64,000 bases of DNA from a bacterium (GTDB lineage Bacteria; UBA8248): contig CBDATS010000008.1 in assembly GCA_965200245.1 (NCBI GenBank), positions 288,001 to 352,000 on the forward strand. Reading direction: 5' to 3'. Below, piece after piece: positions 38,977 through 48,642 of this stretch. Made by a program: the position numbers and the translations under genes. The notes under the pieces were generated by a model. The model saw nothing but the letters and a program-made list of their open reading frames with translations, searched no databases and was not told the DNA's origin. Position 1 is the stretch's first letter. Each line of letters starts with the position of its first letter.

Positions 38977-39347
38977 TGTCTTGAAATCTCCAGATAGCAT
39001 TCGACCGGAAAGGATACTTGAGTCTTCCTTCCTGATTCAGGCAAAGTATAAAATATTGGCGGTTCGGGTTCAACCATATTCCATGCGTTAACGGAATTCG
39101 CAAATGCCTGCGTGCCAGCCAAGTTGGTCCTCAACTTCGCCTCGCTCAACTCGGCCCGCGTCAATACGAAATTGATGATCAAGGTACCGTCTTGATGCAC
39201 GCTGAACTGGAGCACCTCGGGAATGGCAATTCCCAACTCGCGCTGCATGGCGACCTTGGGGTACACCTGCAATGCGGCGCGGAACGTCTCATTTGAGACG
39301 ACCTTGCGAACGATTTCTTCCCACACTCCTTCCAAAGTTTTCACCAC
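38973..39347 (-). CDS. Second, divergent NHLP-leader precursor; core begins TQAFANSVNAWNM, C-terminal extension (possibly decaying)
   Basis: Colinear with first precursor (RELGIAIPE, SVHQDG, ELSEA..LAG|TQA.AN..NAWN); conserved leader residues changed (DPK to YPK, LPP to LTR, EL to KL). Confidence 0.75.
   Translation of the reverse strand: MVKTLEGVWEEIVRKVVSNETFRAALQVYPKVAMQRELGIAIPEVLQFSVHQDGTLIINFVLTRAELSEAKLRTNLAGTQAFANSVNAWNMVEPEPPIFYTLPESGRKTQVSFPVECYLEISRQ
39045..39073 (-). promoter_or_regulatory. Sigma70-like promoter for the intact precursor
   Basis: Minus strand TTGAAC-17 nt-TATACT. Confidence 0.5.
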
Positions 39348-39484
39348 CTCGGGTCCTCATCGTGTGAGCGCCCCAGGGCACCGCCGGGTACTTCGACCTG
39401 CTATGCCAGGTTCCCCTCGCGCGGAGACCTGTGACATAAAACCTTTTCTGCCCTGTACGAGCAAAAATAAGAACAACTCAGTAA

Positions 39485-39512
39485 AGTATATGCGTAGCGT
39501 TCGCTTCGTCAA
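39485..39512 (-). promoter_or_regulatory. Sigma70-like promoter upstream of the RiPP locus
   Basis: Minus strand TTGACG-16 nt-TATACT in AT-rich divergent region. Confidence 0.55.
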
Positions 39513-39754
39513 CAAAAATACGACATTCAGCGGTTACAAAATAAAACGAAATAGTAAAACACTTGTCCTGAAGCACCATGGGTTAGCTTGGAAAAACCGT
39601 GCAGGATACGTGATTTCGGCCCTGGGATGGCTGTCAAGGGCTTTTTTCTTGAGCAGGCCCGATAGCCTGTGAGAAACTTGCGCTCTGATTCAGGGTTATC
39701 AAACGTGAGTTCCACGCCAGCGAAGACCCGTTATCCGACAGGAAAGGAAGCGCG

Positions 39755-41479
39755 ATGAACAACGAGGACTCAGACCAGCACGTAAACACCGATGTGCGTT
39801 ACGAGGCTGATGAGAAGCCGCCGCCCCTGCTCGCGTTTGGCCTTGGGTTGCAACTCGCTGTACTCTGCGTGGGCGGCGTTGTGTTCACGCCCGCTATCGT
39901 GGTATAGGCAGCGGGCGGAACCGAGGACTATCTATCCTGGGCCGTCTTCGCCGCGGGTTACGTGCTCATCATGGGTACATCGGGCGCTTTCATCGCAGTC
40001 TGCATTGCAGCGCTCGCCCAAGGAGGGCCGGGGACGCTCGCCACGCTGGTCCTTGTTTCTTCATTGTTTCAGTTTTTGTTCTCGGAACGTCTCTCGCTGT
40101 TTCGTCGGGTGCTGACGCCCACGGTCGCGGGAACCGTCATCATGCTCATCGCCGTGACGGTGATGCCGATCGTCTTCGGCATGCTGGATGATGTGCAGAA
40201 GGACGCCTCGCCGCTCGCTGCTCCGCTGAGCGCCCTGACGAGTGTGGTTGTCATCGTCGGCATCGCACTCAAAGCAACGGGGACGCTGCGCCTCTGGGCG
40301 CCCGTCCTCGGCGTGATAGCGGGTTCGCTTGTAGGCCTCTATTTTGGCATTTATGATACGGTCCGCGTTGCAGAAGCCGCTTGGATCGGTCTTCCCAAGG
40401 GTGCCTGGCCGGGCTTGGATTTGAGTTTCGGGCCGGTTTTCTGGGCACTTCTTCCCGGGTTTGTGTTCGTCACCTTGATCGGCGCCATCGAGACCATAGG
40501 CGACGGTGCAGCCATCCAGCGTGTGTCCTGGCGGCATCCCCGGGCGGTGGATTTCCGGGCGGTGCAGGGCGCGGTGGCCGCCGACGGATTGGGCAACCTG
40601 CTCTCGGGCCTTATGGCGACGGTGCAGAACACGACTTATTCGACGAGCGTGTCCGTCACCGAACTCACTGGCGTCGGAGCGCGCAGTGTCGGTATCTTCG
40701 CAGGTTTCGTGTTCCTTGTCCTGGCGTTTTTGCCGAAGCTGGTTGCCGTGATCCTGGCGATACCCGCTCCCGTCGCCGCGGCCTACATCACCGTTTTGCT
40801 GGCGATGCTCTTTGTGGTCGGCATGCGCATGGTCATTCAGGACGGTATCGACTACCGCAAGGGCTTGGTGGCGGGCGTGGGCTTCTGGGCGGGCGTGGGT
40901 TTTCAGAATGGTGTCATATATCCCGAGTATTTCTCCACCTTCGCAGGCGGCCTGTTGAACAACGGAATGACCGCAGGCGGCCTCGTCGCCATAATACTGA
41001 CGCTGTTCGTTGAACTCACCCAACCTCGGCGCAGACGCCTGGAGGTAGAGTTCGAACTGTCGGCCTTGCCCAGGATCAGGGAATTTATCGGCGAGTTCGT
41101 CTCTTCAGGCAGCTGGGACGCCGCGATGGCACACCGCCTGGATGCAGCGGGTGAGGAGACGCTGCTGACGCTTCTACGCCAGAAGGAAGCCAGCGGAAGC
41201 AGTGAACGGCGGCGTCTGCTCCTGGTGGCGCACAAACAAGACAGCGGCGCGGTACTGGAGTTCGTCGCCGCAGGTGGGGAGGAGAATCTTCAGGACAAAA
41301 TCGCTCTGCTAAGTGAACAGACTGCTGGCGTGCCGCTAGAGCGGGAAGTCTCGCTCAGGCTGCTTCGCCATATCGCCTCCTCTATTCACCATAAGCAATA
41401 CCACGACACGGACATCGTGACCGTTCGCGTGGAACCCCAGGCGCGGGGTGCTTCAAGGGGAGTTGAGAAGCACGGTTGA
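39755..41479 (+). pseudogene. NCS2 (xanthine/uracil) permease fused to RsbW-like C-terminal domain; premature stop
   Basis: ATG 39755 with AAGGAAG RBS gives VRYEADEKPPPLLAFGLGLQ; in-frame TAG 39905-39907; probable in-frame deletion between AVFAA and GYVL; later TP.V.G.VI, ETIGD, ADGLGN, NTTYS motifs. Confidence 0.8.
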
Positions 41480-41543
41480 GTGCACCCTCAAAGAACGGGA
41501 CATATAGCTTGCGAGAGTAGAACGCCCGTGGCTTCAGGAAGCC

Positions 41544-42129
41544 TCATCTCCTCCCTCTCGGGTGGTGGTCAATGCCGCGAAAGGCTTCGATGAAGGCTGT
41601 GATGCGCTCTTCGTCAAAAGCCTCCAGAATGTCTATCTTACCCTAGGCGGTGAGGGCAATCCTGTGCTTCATGGAGGGGCAGGGAGCGAGGACGACGAAC
41701 TTCGGGTATCGGCGCACGATGGTTCTGAGTTTTTCCACGAGATCCGGGCAATCGGAGCAACCGTATTGTACGAGCACGCCGCCGTCTTCGAGATTATGTA
41801 CCTGAAAGCCCTTGTCGATAGGCTGCCAGTGCACGCCCCAGGAGACGATGGTCGGATAGTGTGGCCCCGAAGTAGGGGGATCCGTGTTGTAAGCGACGGC
41901 GCCGCTCGTGCCCACGCGGATGTGGCGATTGCCGAGCGAGGGTATGTCGCGCGCCTTGTTCGCGGATGCGCCCGAATGATAATAGGCGCCGAGGATGATT
42001 GCGGCGATGACGGTCGCCCACACGAGCAGGACGGTGTGGATTTTTCCGGATCCACTGGCCTTTGCAGTACGCGATTGATCACGATCGGCAGATCGGGAAT
42101 GTTTTACTCTTATTTGATTTTCGGGACAA
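41544..42129 (-). pseudogene. DUF3105 family membrane-anchored protein, disrupted
   Basis: YNTDPPTSGPHY, VHNLEDGGV; TAG at 41643-41645 replaces Trp of IALTAW, read-through gives GKIDILEAFDEERITAFIEAFRGIDHH; probable N-terminal frameshift near 42100. Confidence 0.82.
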
Positions 42130-42394
42130 AGCGGGACCTTTCTCTTTGAAGCGGCTGTCGGCGGCTTCTGCGCCCCCGAGGGGCCGACACGCCAAGGTAC
42201 GCAAAGGTTGATGCTTGAACAAGCAGTCGGCGGAAGAAAATCTGCGATTCTCTTTCATGCAACGGGGAACCGGCCATGCTCTCGGCTTGCGGAAAGGACG
42301 GAATAGAGTTGCACAAGAGGCAAGTCTTTTGTACTTTGTTCATTGAGAGGGATTGATAAGTTGCCTGAGCCGTTGATCAGGCACAGTACGGGAA

Positions 42395-42856
42395 ATGAGG
42401 AGATATTCACGTAATTTGGCTACTTACAAGATACTCATGGTGGACGACGAACCCGATCTCGAAGGTCTCGTGAGTCAGCGCATGCGGCGTGAGATACGAC
42501 GGGGCCTCTATTCGTTCGTATTCGCGCGCAACGGGGCCGAGGCACTCGAGCTGCTGAACGGGGACGATGAAATCGACATCGTCATCACCGACATCAACAT
42601 GCCGGAGATGGATGGCCTCACGCTGCTTGAGCAAATTCCCGCATACGACCCCAAGGTCCGCTGCGTAATCGTTTCCGCCTACGGGGACATGAAGAACATC
42701 CGCACGGCGATGAACCGGGGTGCGTTCGATTTTCTCAACAAACCGATTGATTTCGAGGACCTGCGTCAAACCATCGGCAAGACCGTCGAGCACATCATAA
42801 AAGTCCGGGAGATGTTTGAGGTACGTGGCAGGATGCTGACGGAGGGCGGATCATAG
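42395..42856 (+). CDS. Single-domain response regulator
   Basis: ILMVDDE, TDINMPEMDG, SAYG, KP. Confidence 0.9.
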   Translation: MRRYSRNLATYKILMVDDEPDLEGLVSQRMRREIRRGLYSFVFARNGAEALELLNGDDEIDIVITDINMPEMDGLTLLEQIPAYDPKVRCVIVSAYGDMKNIRTAMNRGAFDFLNKPIDFEDLRQTIGKTVEHIIKVREMFEVRGRMLTEGGS

Positions 42857-44070
42857 TGGAAGAGTCGCACAAGATACTAGTTGTGGATGACGAACCCGAT
42901 CTCGAAGACCTCGTGAAACAGCGCATGCGACGCGAGATACGGCGGGGCCGCTATTCGTTCATATTCGCGCGCAACGGGGCCGAGGCACTTGAGTGCTTGA
43001 GCGATGACAAAGACGGCCATTCCATCGACATGGTGCTCACCGATATCAATATGCCGGTAATGGACGGTCTCACGCTGCTCAAGCAAATTCCATTGGTCGA
43101 CCCCAACATACGTTCGGTGGTCGTCTCCGCCTACGGAGATATGGAAAATATCCGCACAGCGATGAACCGGGGTGCGTTCGACTTCGTCACCAAGCCGATC
43201 GATTTCGAGGATTTGCGGATCACCATCGAGCGGACCCTAGAACATCTCGCCATGCTTCGCGAAGCCCTTGAGGCGCGCGACAAGCTGGTCGCGATCAAGA
43301 GTGACCTTGCTCTGGCCAACAAGATGCAGCAGTCGATTCTAACGACCAAATTTCCAGAGGACTCCAACTTCGAAATATTCGCAGGTATGGTGCCGGCCAG
43401 AGACGTGGGGGGCGATTTCTACGACATAATCGATCTTGGCGATGGCCGCATCAGCGTCACTGTCGCTGACGTTTCGGGCAAGGGAGTGCCCGCCGCGCTT
43501 TTCATGATGTCGAGCTACATGCTGCTCAACAGCGTCACCGTTACGCGCGTGGATTCGGGCAAGGAACTCGGCGAGGTGAATCGTTTTTTACAACCCGGCG
43601 ACGTGCTCCGTGAGGTGAACCGGCGGCTTGAGGAAAACAACGACGCCGGGATGTTTGTCACGGTTTTCCTCTTGTTTTTTGATTCCGCGACAGGAGAAAT
43701 AGTATATGCCAATGGTGGCCACAACCCCCCGGTCATTATTCACGCCGATGGTTCCTCAAGCCTTCTTGCCGAGCAGCCGGGAGTGGCCTTGGGGATTGTG
43801 GCCGAGTTCAACTACGACATGTACAACGCAACTCTCGCGCCCGGCGAGGCTCTCATTCTCTATACCGACGGAGTAACGGAGGCGGAGAACGAGAAGACCG
43901 AGCAGTTTGGCCTTGATCGCCTTCAAGGGATTCTCGGAGGCGCATCACCGATCTCCGCCAGAGAGATCAACACCAAGGTTTTCGAGGCGGTCAACGAATT
44001 TGCTGGCAGTGCGCCCCAATTCGATGATGTCACCTGTCTGACCATTTTCCGCCGTGGTGAGAGCGAATGA
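42856..44070 (+). CDS. Response regulator receiver + SpoIIE/RsbU-type PP2C phosphatase
   Basis: REC domain, then VGGDFYD, ADVSGKG, MFVT, NGGH, YTDGVTEA, DDVT. Confidence 0.94.
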   Translation: MEESHKILVVDDEPDLEDLVKQRMRREIRRGRYSFIFARNGAEALECLSDDKDGHSIDMVLTDINMPVMDGLTLLKQIPLVDPNIRSVVVSAYGDMENIRTAMNRGAFDFVTKPIDFEDLRITIERTLEHLAMLREALEARDKLVAIKSDLALANKMQQSILTTKFPEDSNFEIFAGMVPARDVGGDFYDIIDLGDGRISVTVADVSGKGVPAALFMMSSYMLLNSVTVTRVDSGKELGEVNRFLQPGDVLREVNRRLEENNDAGMFVTVFLLFFDSATGEIVYANGGHNPPVIIHADGSSSLLAEQPGVALGIVAEFNYDMYNATLAPGEALILYTDGVTEAENEKTEQFGLDRLQGILGGASPISAREINTKVFEAVNEFAGSAPQFDDVTCLTIFRRGESE

Positions 44071-44486
44071 GCGCGAAACTTTCATTGACCATGGGGTTCG
44101 AACCCTCGGAACTCCCACAAGTTCAGTCCGCCATCAGTGAGTTCAGCCGAGAGCAGGAGTGGACGTCCGACATCGAATTCCAGGTTGACCTCGTGATCGA
44201 AGAATTGCTCCTGAACGTCGTGAACCACGGCAGCGACGGGGGAGACAATGAGATCAGCCTCGAACTCATCTCGGATGACGATGTGGTGATCATAGAGATC
44301 ATCGACGACGGCAAACCCTTCAACCCACTGACCGACGCGCCCGAACCGGACACAGAATCGGACATCGAAGATCGCGCCGTGGGTGGGCTTGGCATCCATC
44401 TGGTGCTGACGATGATGGACGAGGTGACCTGTCGGCGGGAGAAGGACAGGAACCATATGCGCCTCGTCAAGTTGAGGAACAAATGA
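44067..44486 (+). CDS. RsbW/SpoIIAB-type anti-sigma factor kinase (HATPase_c_2)
   Basis: EELLLNVVNHG, DDGKPFNP, GGLGIHLV..MD. Confidence 0.92.
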   Translation: MSAKLSLTMGFEPSELPQVQSAISEFSREQEWTSDIEFQVDLVIEELLLNVVNHGSDGGDNEISLELISDDDVVIIEIIDDGKPFNPLTDAPEPDTESDIEDRAVGGLGIHLVLTMMDEVTCRREKDRNHMRLVKLRNK

Positions 44487-45661
44487 AGAAGCTGCTCCGC
44501 ACTCGCCGGGCAGTTTTCCTCCTCGCCGCGGCACTTATTTGCTCGGCGTCCGGGGCAGTGGCGGCAGTACCCGGCGTATCCCCCGAGAAAGTTCTGTTCG
44601 GCCAGTCAGCCGCCTTGTCCGGGCCTGCGAAGGCTCTGGGCGAGGACATGAGGCGCGGAATCGAAACCGCCTTCCGCGTTGCGAACTTGCGCGGCGGCGT
44701 TCACGGGCGCCGGCTCGAACTCATTTCCCTCGACGATGCGTATGAACCCGAAGCCGCCGTCCTGAACACCCGGCGACTGATTGAGCAGAGCAAGGTATTC
44801 GCCCTTATCGGGGCGGTCGGCACGCCCACCTCTCGCTCGGCCACCCCGGTCGCCGCAAAGGCGGGCGTTCCCTGCATCGCTCCCCTCACAGGCGCCGCTT
44901 TCCTGCGTGACCCGAAATGGAAGAACATCATCAACCTGCGTGCCTCCTACTTCCAGGAGACCGAGGAGATAGTGAGCCGGCTGATCGGGGATTTGGGCTT
45001 CAAGAAGGTCGCCGTGTTTTATCAGGACGACTCTTTCGGGCTGGCAGGCTACGAAGGCGTACGCTTGGCTCTTGAGCGGCGCAAACTGAAGCCTGTGGTC
45101 ACTGGCGTGTATCCAAGAAATACGACAGCGGTCAAAACGGCCTTGCTCGATATTCGGCGCGCGAACCCCGACGCAGTAATTCTTGTGGGAGCATACAAGC
45201 CGGTCGCTACTTTCATTGCCTGGGCGCGGCGTACAGGTTTCACCCCGATTTTCGCGACGATCTCTTTCGTGGGCGGCAACGCGCTCGTGCGTGAACTTGG
45301 TCCCGCCGGCGTCGGCATCTATGTCACCCAGGTGGTTCCGCCCCCTTCATCGAAAGATATCCAGATAGCGTCGAACTATCGGCGGGATCTGGAGGCCCAC
45401 TCACCCGGCGCTGTTCCGAGTTTCGTGTCCTTCGAGGGCTATATGGCCGGTAGACTCGCCATCCGCGCCCTGGAATTGTGCGGGCGCAACCCCGACCGCC
45501 CCTGCCTGCTCGATGGGTTGCGCCGCGCGGCCACCATCGATCTCGGCGGATTCAAGTTGCGTTACGGCAAGGACGACAACCAGGGTTCGGACGCCGTTTT
45601 CCTCACCATCGTAGGGGAGAGCGGCCGCTACGTTCCGACCGATAAAATGTGGCGGCCCTAA
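44483..45661 (+). CDS. Periplasmic binding protein (LivK-like fold) embedded in signalling operon
   Basis: Signal peptide, GQSAALSGP, GGVHGR, LDDAYEP, VGTPT, RASY, YQDDSFG. Confidence 0.9.
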   Translation: MKKLLRTRRAVFLLAAALICSASGAVAAVPGVSPEKVLFGQSAALSGPAKALGEDMRRGIETAFRVANLRGGVHGRRLELISLDDAYEPEAAVLNTRRLIEQSKVFALIGAVGTPTSRSATPVAAKAGVPCIAPLTGAAFLRDPKWKNIINLRASYFQETEEIVSRLIGDLGFKKVAVFYQDDSFGLAGYEGVRLALERRKLKPVVTGVYPRNTTAVKTALLDIRRANPDAVILVGAYKPVATFIAWARRTGFTPIFATISFVGGNALVRELGPAGVGIYVTQVVPPPSSKDIQIASNYRRDLEAHSPGAVPSFVSFEGYMAGRLAIRALELCGRNPDRPCLLDGLRRAATIDLGGFKLRYGKDDNQGSDAVFLTIVGESGRYVPTDKMWRP

Positions 45662-45672
45662 AGATAAAGACA

Positions 45673-47862
45673 ATGAAGAGCGTACTCAGGAATATTCTGG
45701 ACAAGTGCTACAAGATATCGACGCAGCTCTACCTCAGCATCGGCATTGCTGCCTCCCTTACCGTCGTCGCGAGCGTGGTCGCGTGGATTTCGTTCGCTTA
45801 CGTGGGCAAGGTGCAAAATCGTGTGAATAAGGGCACCGTTCCTTTCCTGGCGAGCGCATTTGAAACGGCCCAGGCAAGCATCGCCCTGGTGGCCGCAGCT
45901 CCTCGTTTGGCCTCGGTCGTGAACCCGGATAATCTAGAGCAAGTCGCCACCGAGGTCGCCAAGGATCAGGAAGCCTTCGAGACGGTGCTGGTGTCACTCA
46001 TACGTCATGGAGATAACGAGGGTATCTCCATGGAAATCAAGAAACTGGGCGACACGCTGACCCAGAACCTCGGAGCTATCAAGCAATTGGTGCTGGAGCG
46101 CTTCAATTTGACCGACCTGCGCGATACGCTCCAACTCCAACTCGCATGGGTGCGCAAGGAACTGACCAATGTCCTCATTCCCGCTATCGACGATCAACTT
46201 TTCTACGTGATGTCGGGCTACCATACAATCAGTGAAGCACCAGACCCCCATGAAAAGCATTTCGCCGAAGAGGGAATCAACCTCTACCGCTACATCGCTG
46301 GTCTGCGCTCGGACGCCACCGTTGCAGCGCAGCTTCTCTCCACTGTTTTCAGCGTGTCGGACGTCGCCCTGATCGAACCGCTGAGCGAGCGCTTCGAAGC
46401 TACTGCGCGCAGCATCAGGCGGCAACTGGACGCTCTCGGGGCGATGCCGGTGCGTGCCACTCTCAAACCTCTTTTCGAGCAGATGATCGAGTTAAGCATC
46501 GGGGAGGAGGGGGGGATCAGCCTGCGCGCGCGCGAGTTGGCACTCGAGAGCAAACAAAAAGAGTTGCTTGCGTTCCACGAATCTTTGGAGTTACAAATCC
46601 TGGCCACCACGAAAAAGCTGGTGAACACGGCCCGCAATAGCGCGCGGCAAGTCACCCAAGATTCCGCTCAGGCGATCAGCATGGGCACCAATATCCTGTT
46701 CGCGCTGGGTGCCATCAGTTTTATCGGCGCCGTGCTGATAGGCTGGCTGTTCATCGGCCGTGTACTCTCGCGTCGGCTCGGGCAACTCTCGGACCGCATG
46801 CGTCGCATGGCCGACGGCGACCTGGAGGAGACGGTCGACATTGGCGGAAAGGACGAAGTGGCGGAGATGTCCGCGGCACTTGAGATCTTCCGTCGCCACG
46901 CCCTGGAGGTGCAGCGCCTGAACTTGGTGGAGAGACTTGCCGAGGAGATCAGGGCCAAGAACGAAGAACTCGAAGGCGCGCTCGGAGATCTGGAGAAAGC
47001 GCAGGATCAGATTGTCATGCGTGAGAAGCTTGCAGCGCTCGGTGAGTTGACGGCGGGCGTTGCCCACGAGATCAGGAATCCGCTGAACTTCATCAAGAAT
47101 TTTTCGGAAGTTTCCGAGGAACTGATGGAGGAATTGTTGGAAGAACTGGATAAGGTGGCACATCACGAGGGCAACGGGCAGGAGAACGGACAAAAAGCGG
47201 ACGAGGGGGAGAAAAAACAGGAGGAGGAAGACCCCTACGAGCTTATCACCGAAATCGGAGAGGACCTCACTGGCAACCTCAAGCGCATCCGCGAGCACGG
47301 AGAGCGGGCCAACAACATCGTGGAGAGCATGCTCCAGATGGGTAGGGGTTCGGGCGAAACGCAACCGGCCAACGTGAACAAACTGATCGACGAGCATACG
47401 CGTCTTGCCTATCACAGTGCCAAGGCGGCGGACCCGAATTTCAACCTCACGATCGACTGGGACCTCGACCCCGACATGGTGGAATTCGACGTTATTCCGC
47501 AGGATCTGGGCCGCGTCTTCCTCAATATGGTGAGCAATGCTTGCTATGCCACCGACGAGAAGCGTCGGGAGCTCGCCGCCTCGCCGGACGGGAACAAGCC
47601 TCCCTACGATCCTATTCTCATGATTGTCACCAAGTGCAGGCCGAACGACGTTGAGGTTCGCATTCGTGACAACGGAAGCGGAATGCCGCCCGAGGTCATC
47701 GAGAAGATTTTCACCCCCTTCTTCACGACCAAGCCGACGGACAAGGGCACCGGGCTCGGTCTATCGCTCTCCCACGACATCATTCGCCAGCACGGGGGTA
47801 GCGTACGGGTCGAAACCGAGCCCAACGAATTCACGGAGATGATAATCGAACTGCCCCGTTGA
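45673..47862 (+). CDS. Membrane sensor histidine kinase (TorS-like helical periplasmic domain, HAMP, HisKA, HATPase)
   Basis: Two TM segments, HAMP (GDL...DEVAEM), AHEIRNPL, N..SNA, DNGSG, PFFTTK, GTGLGL. Confidence 0.93.
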   Translation: MKSVLRNILDKCYKISTQLYLSIGIAASLTVVASVVAWISFAYVGKVQNRVNKGTVPFLASAFETAQASIALVAAAPRLASVVNPDNLEQVATEVAKDQEAFETVLVSLIRHGDNEGISMEIKKLGDTLTQNLGAIKQLVLERFNLTDLRDTLQLQLAWVRKELTNVLIPAIDDQLFYVMSGYHTISEAPDPHEKHFAEEGINLYRYIAGLRSDATVAAQLLSTVFSVSDVALIEPLSERFEATARSIRRQLDALGAMPVRATLKPLFEQMIELSIGEEGGISLRARELALESKQKELLAFHESLELQILATTKKLVNTARNSARQVTQDSAQAISMGTNILFALGAISFIGAVLIGWLFIGRVLSRRLGQLSDRMRRMADGDLEETVDIGGKDEVAEMSAALEIFRRHALEVQRLNLVERLAEEIRAKNEELEGALGDLEKAQDQIVMREKLAALGELTAGVAHEIRNPLNFIKNFSEVSEELMEELLEELDKVAHHEGNGQENGQKADEGEKKQEEEDPYELITEIGEDLTGNLKRIREHGERANNIVESMLQMGRGSGETQPANVNKLIDEHTRLAYHSAKAADPNFNLTIDWDLDPDMVEFDVIPQDLGRVFLNMVSNACYATDEKRRELAASPDGNKPPYDPILMIVTKCRPNDVEVRIRDNGSGMPPEVIEKIFTPFFTTKPTDKGTGLGLSLSHDIIRQHGGSVRVETEPNEFTEMIIELPR

Positions 47863-47995
47863 TCCATTCGGGTTCACGAGTCAAAAAATATTCGAGAAGA
47901 CTCCAGAAAATAGAGAAGGCTGCGACGCGTCCATCATGCTGTTGCACTGGCTTGAAGGCAGGTAAGATGGTTTTCGATCCCTGTCCTTTGGGTCG

Positions 47996-48334
47996 TCAGG
48001 AAGCGGTAGCGGCCAGTGCCTCCTCTTTCGAGCCGTGGAGTTGAATGATGCGGTCGAAACCGGATATTTCGAAAACCTCGCGAGTCAAATCTCCGAGGGA
48101 GAACAAGGCGAACTTCGTGTTGTTTTGACTCAGTTGCTTCGCAACCAAGAGAACAGCGCGGAGGCCAGCACTGCTGATATACGAGACGCCCTCGAAATTG
48201 ACGATGACGGCACGATCCTCTTCAACGATGGCGTTTTTTACCGTGCTCTCGAATTCAGGAGCGGTCGCACCGTCAATGCGACCCTCGACTTGTACAACCA
48301 AGGTTCCGTTTTCCTGCTCAGTTTTGATTTCCAT
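47996..48334 (-). CDS. STAS-domain anti-sigma factor antagonist (RsbV/SpoIIAA-type)
   Basis: GRID...AP.FE, YISSAGLR phospho-Ser motif, VFEISGF; GGAGG RBS. Confidence 0.93.
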   Translation of the reverse strand: MEIKTEQENGTLVVQVEGRIDGATAPEFESTVKNAIVEEDRAVIVNFEGVSYISSAGLRAVLLVAKQLSQNNTKFALFSLGDLTREVFEISGFDRIIQLHGSKEEALAATAS

Positions 48335-48642
48335 ACTTGCCTTTGCCTCCCAGCAGCGTGAAATTTCCCAAGCCTTTACCCTATGCCCGGATGGCACAAT
48401 CAGTTAATGCCGAAAAATTGAGTATTGTCAACTATCAATTTCACATAAACACAAGGCTATTCTCTGTATGTTTCAAGAAAAGCTTCCAAAAGCATATAGA
48501 ATTTCTCATTGTTTGGCAACTCAAGATATCTTCGAAAATCAAATTTTCCGAGGGTGTATCCAGGGCAGGGGGGTGCGTCAGGGCAAGGCCATTACCGAAG
48601 GATCGCCCGCAGGAAACGCCGACACGATCGCTGATGGCCTCT

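Noticed and set aside
3953-41645. Amber (TAG) recoding to Gln or pyrrolysine to explain four in-frame TAGs
   Set aside because: TAG is the normal stop of many intact genes here (e.g. 20161, 20843, 42854 and minus-strand 9879, 11554, 28158, 62016). The TAGs replace different residues (Gln in rbsK, Trp in DUF3105), and three of the four genes carry other apparent lesions.
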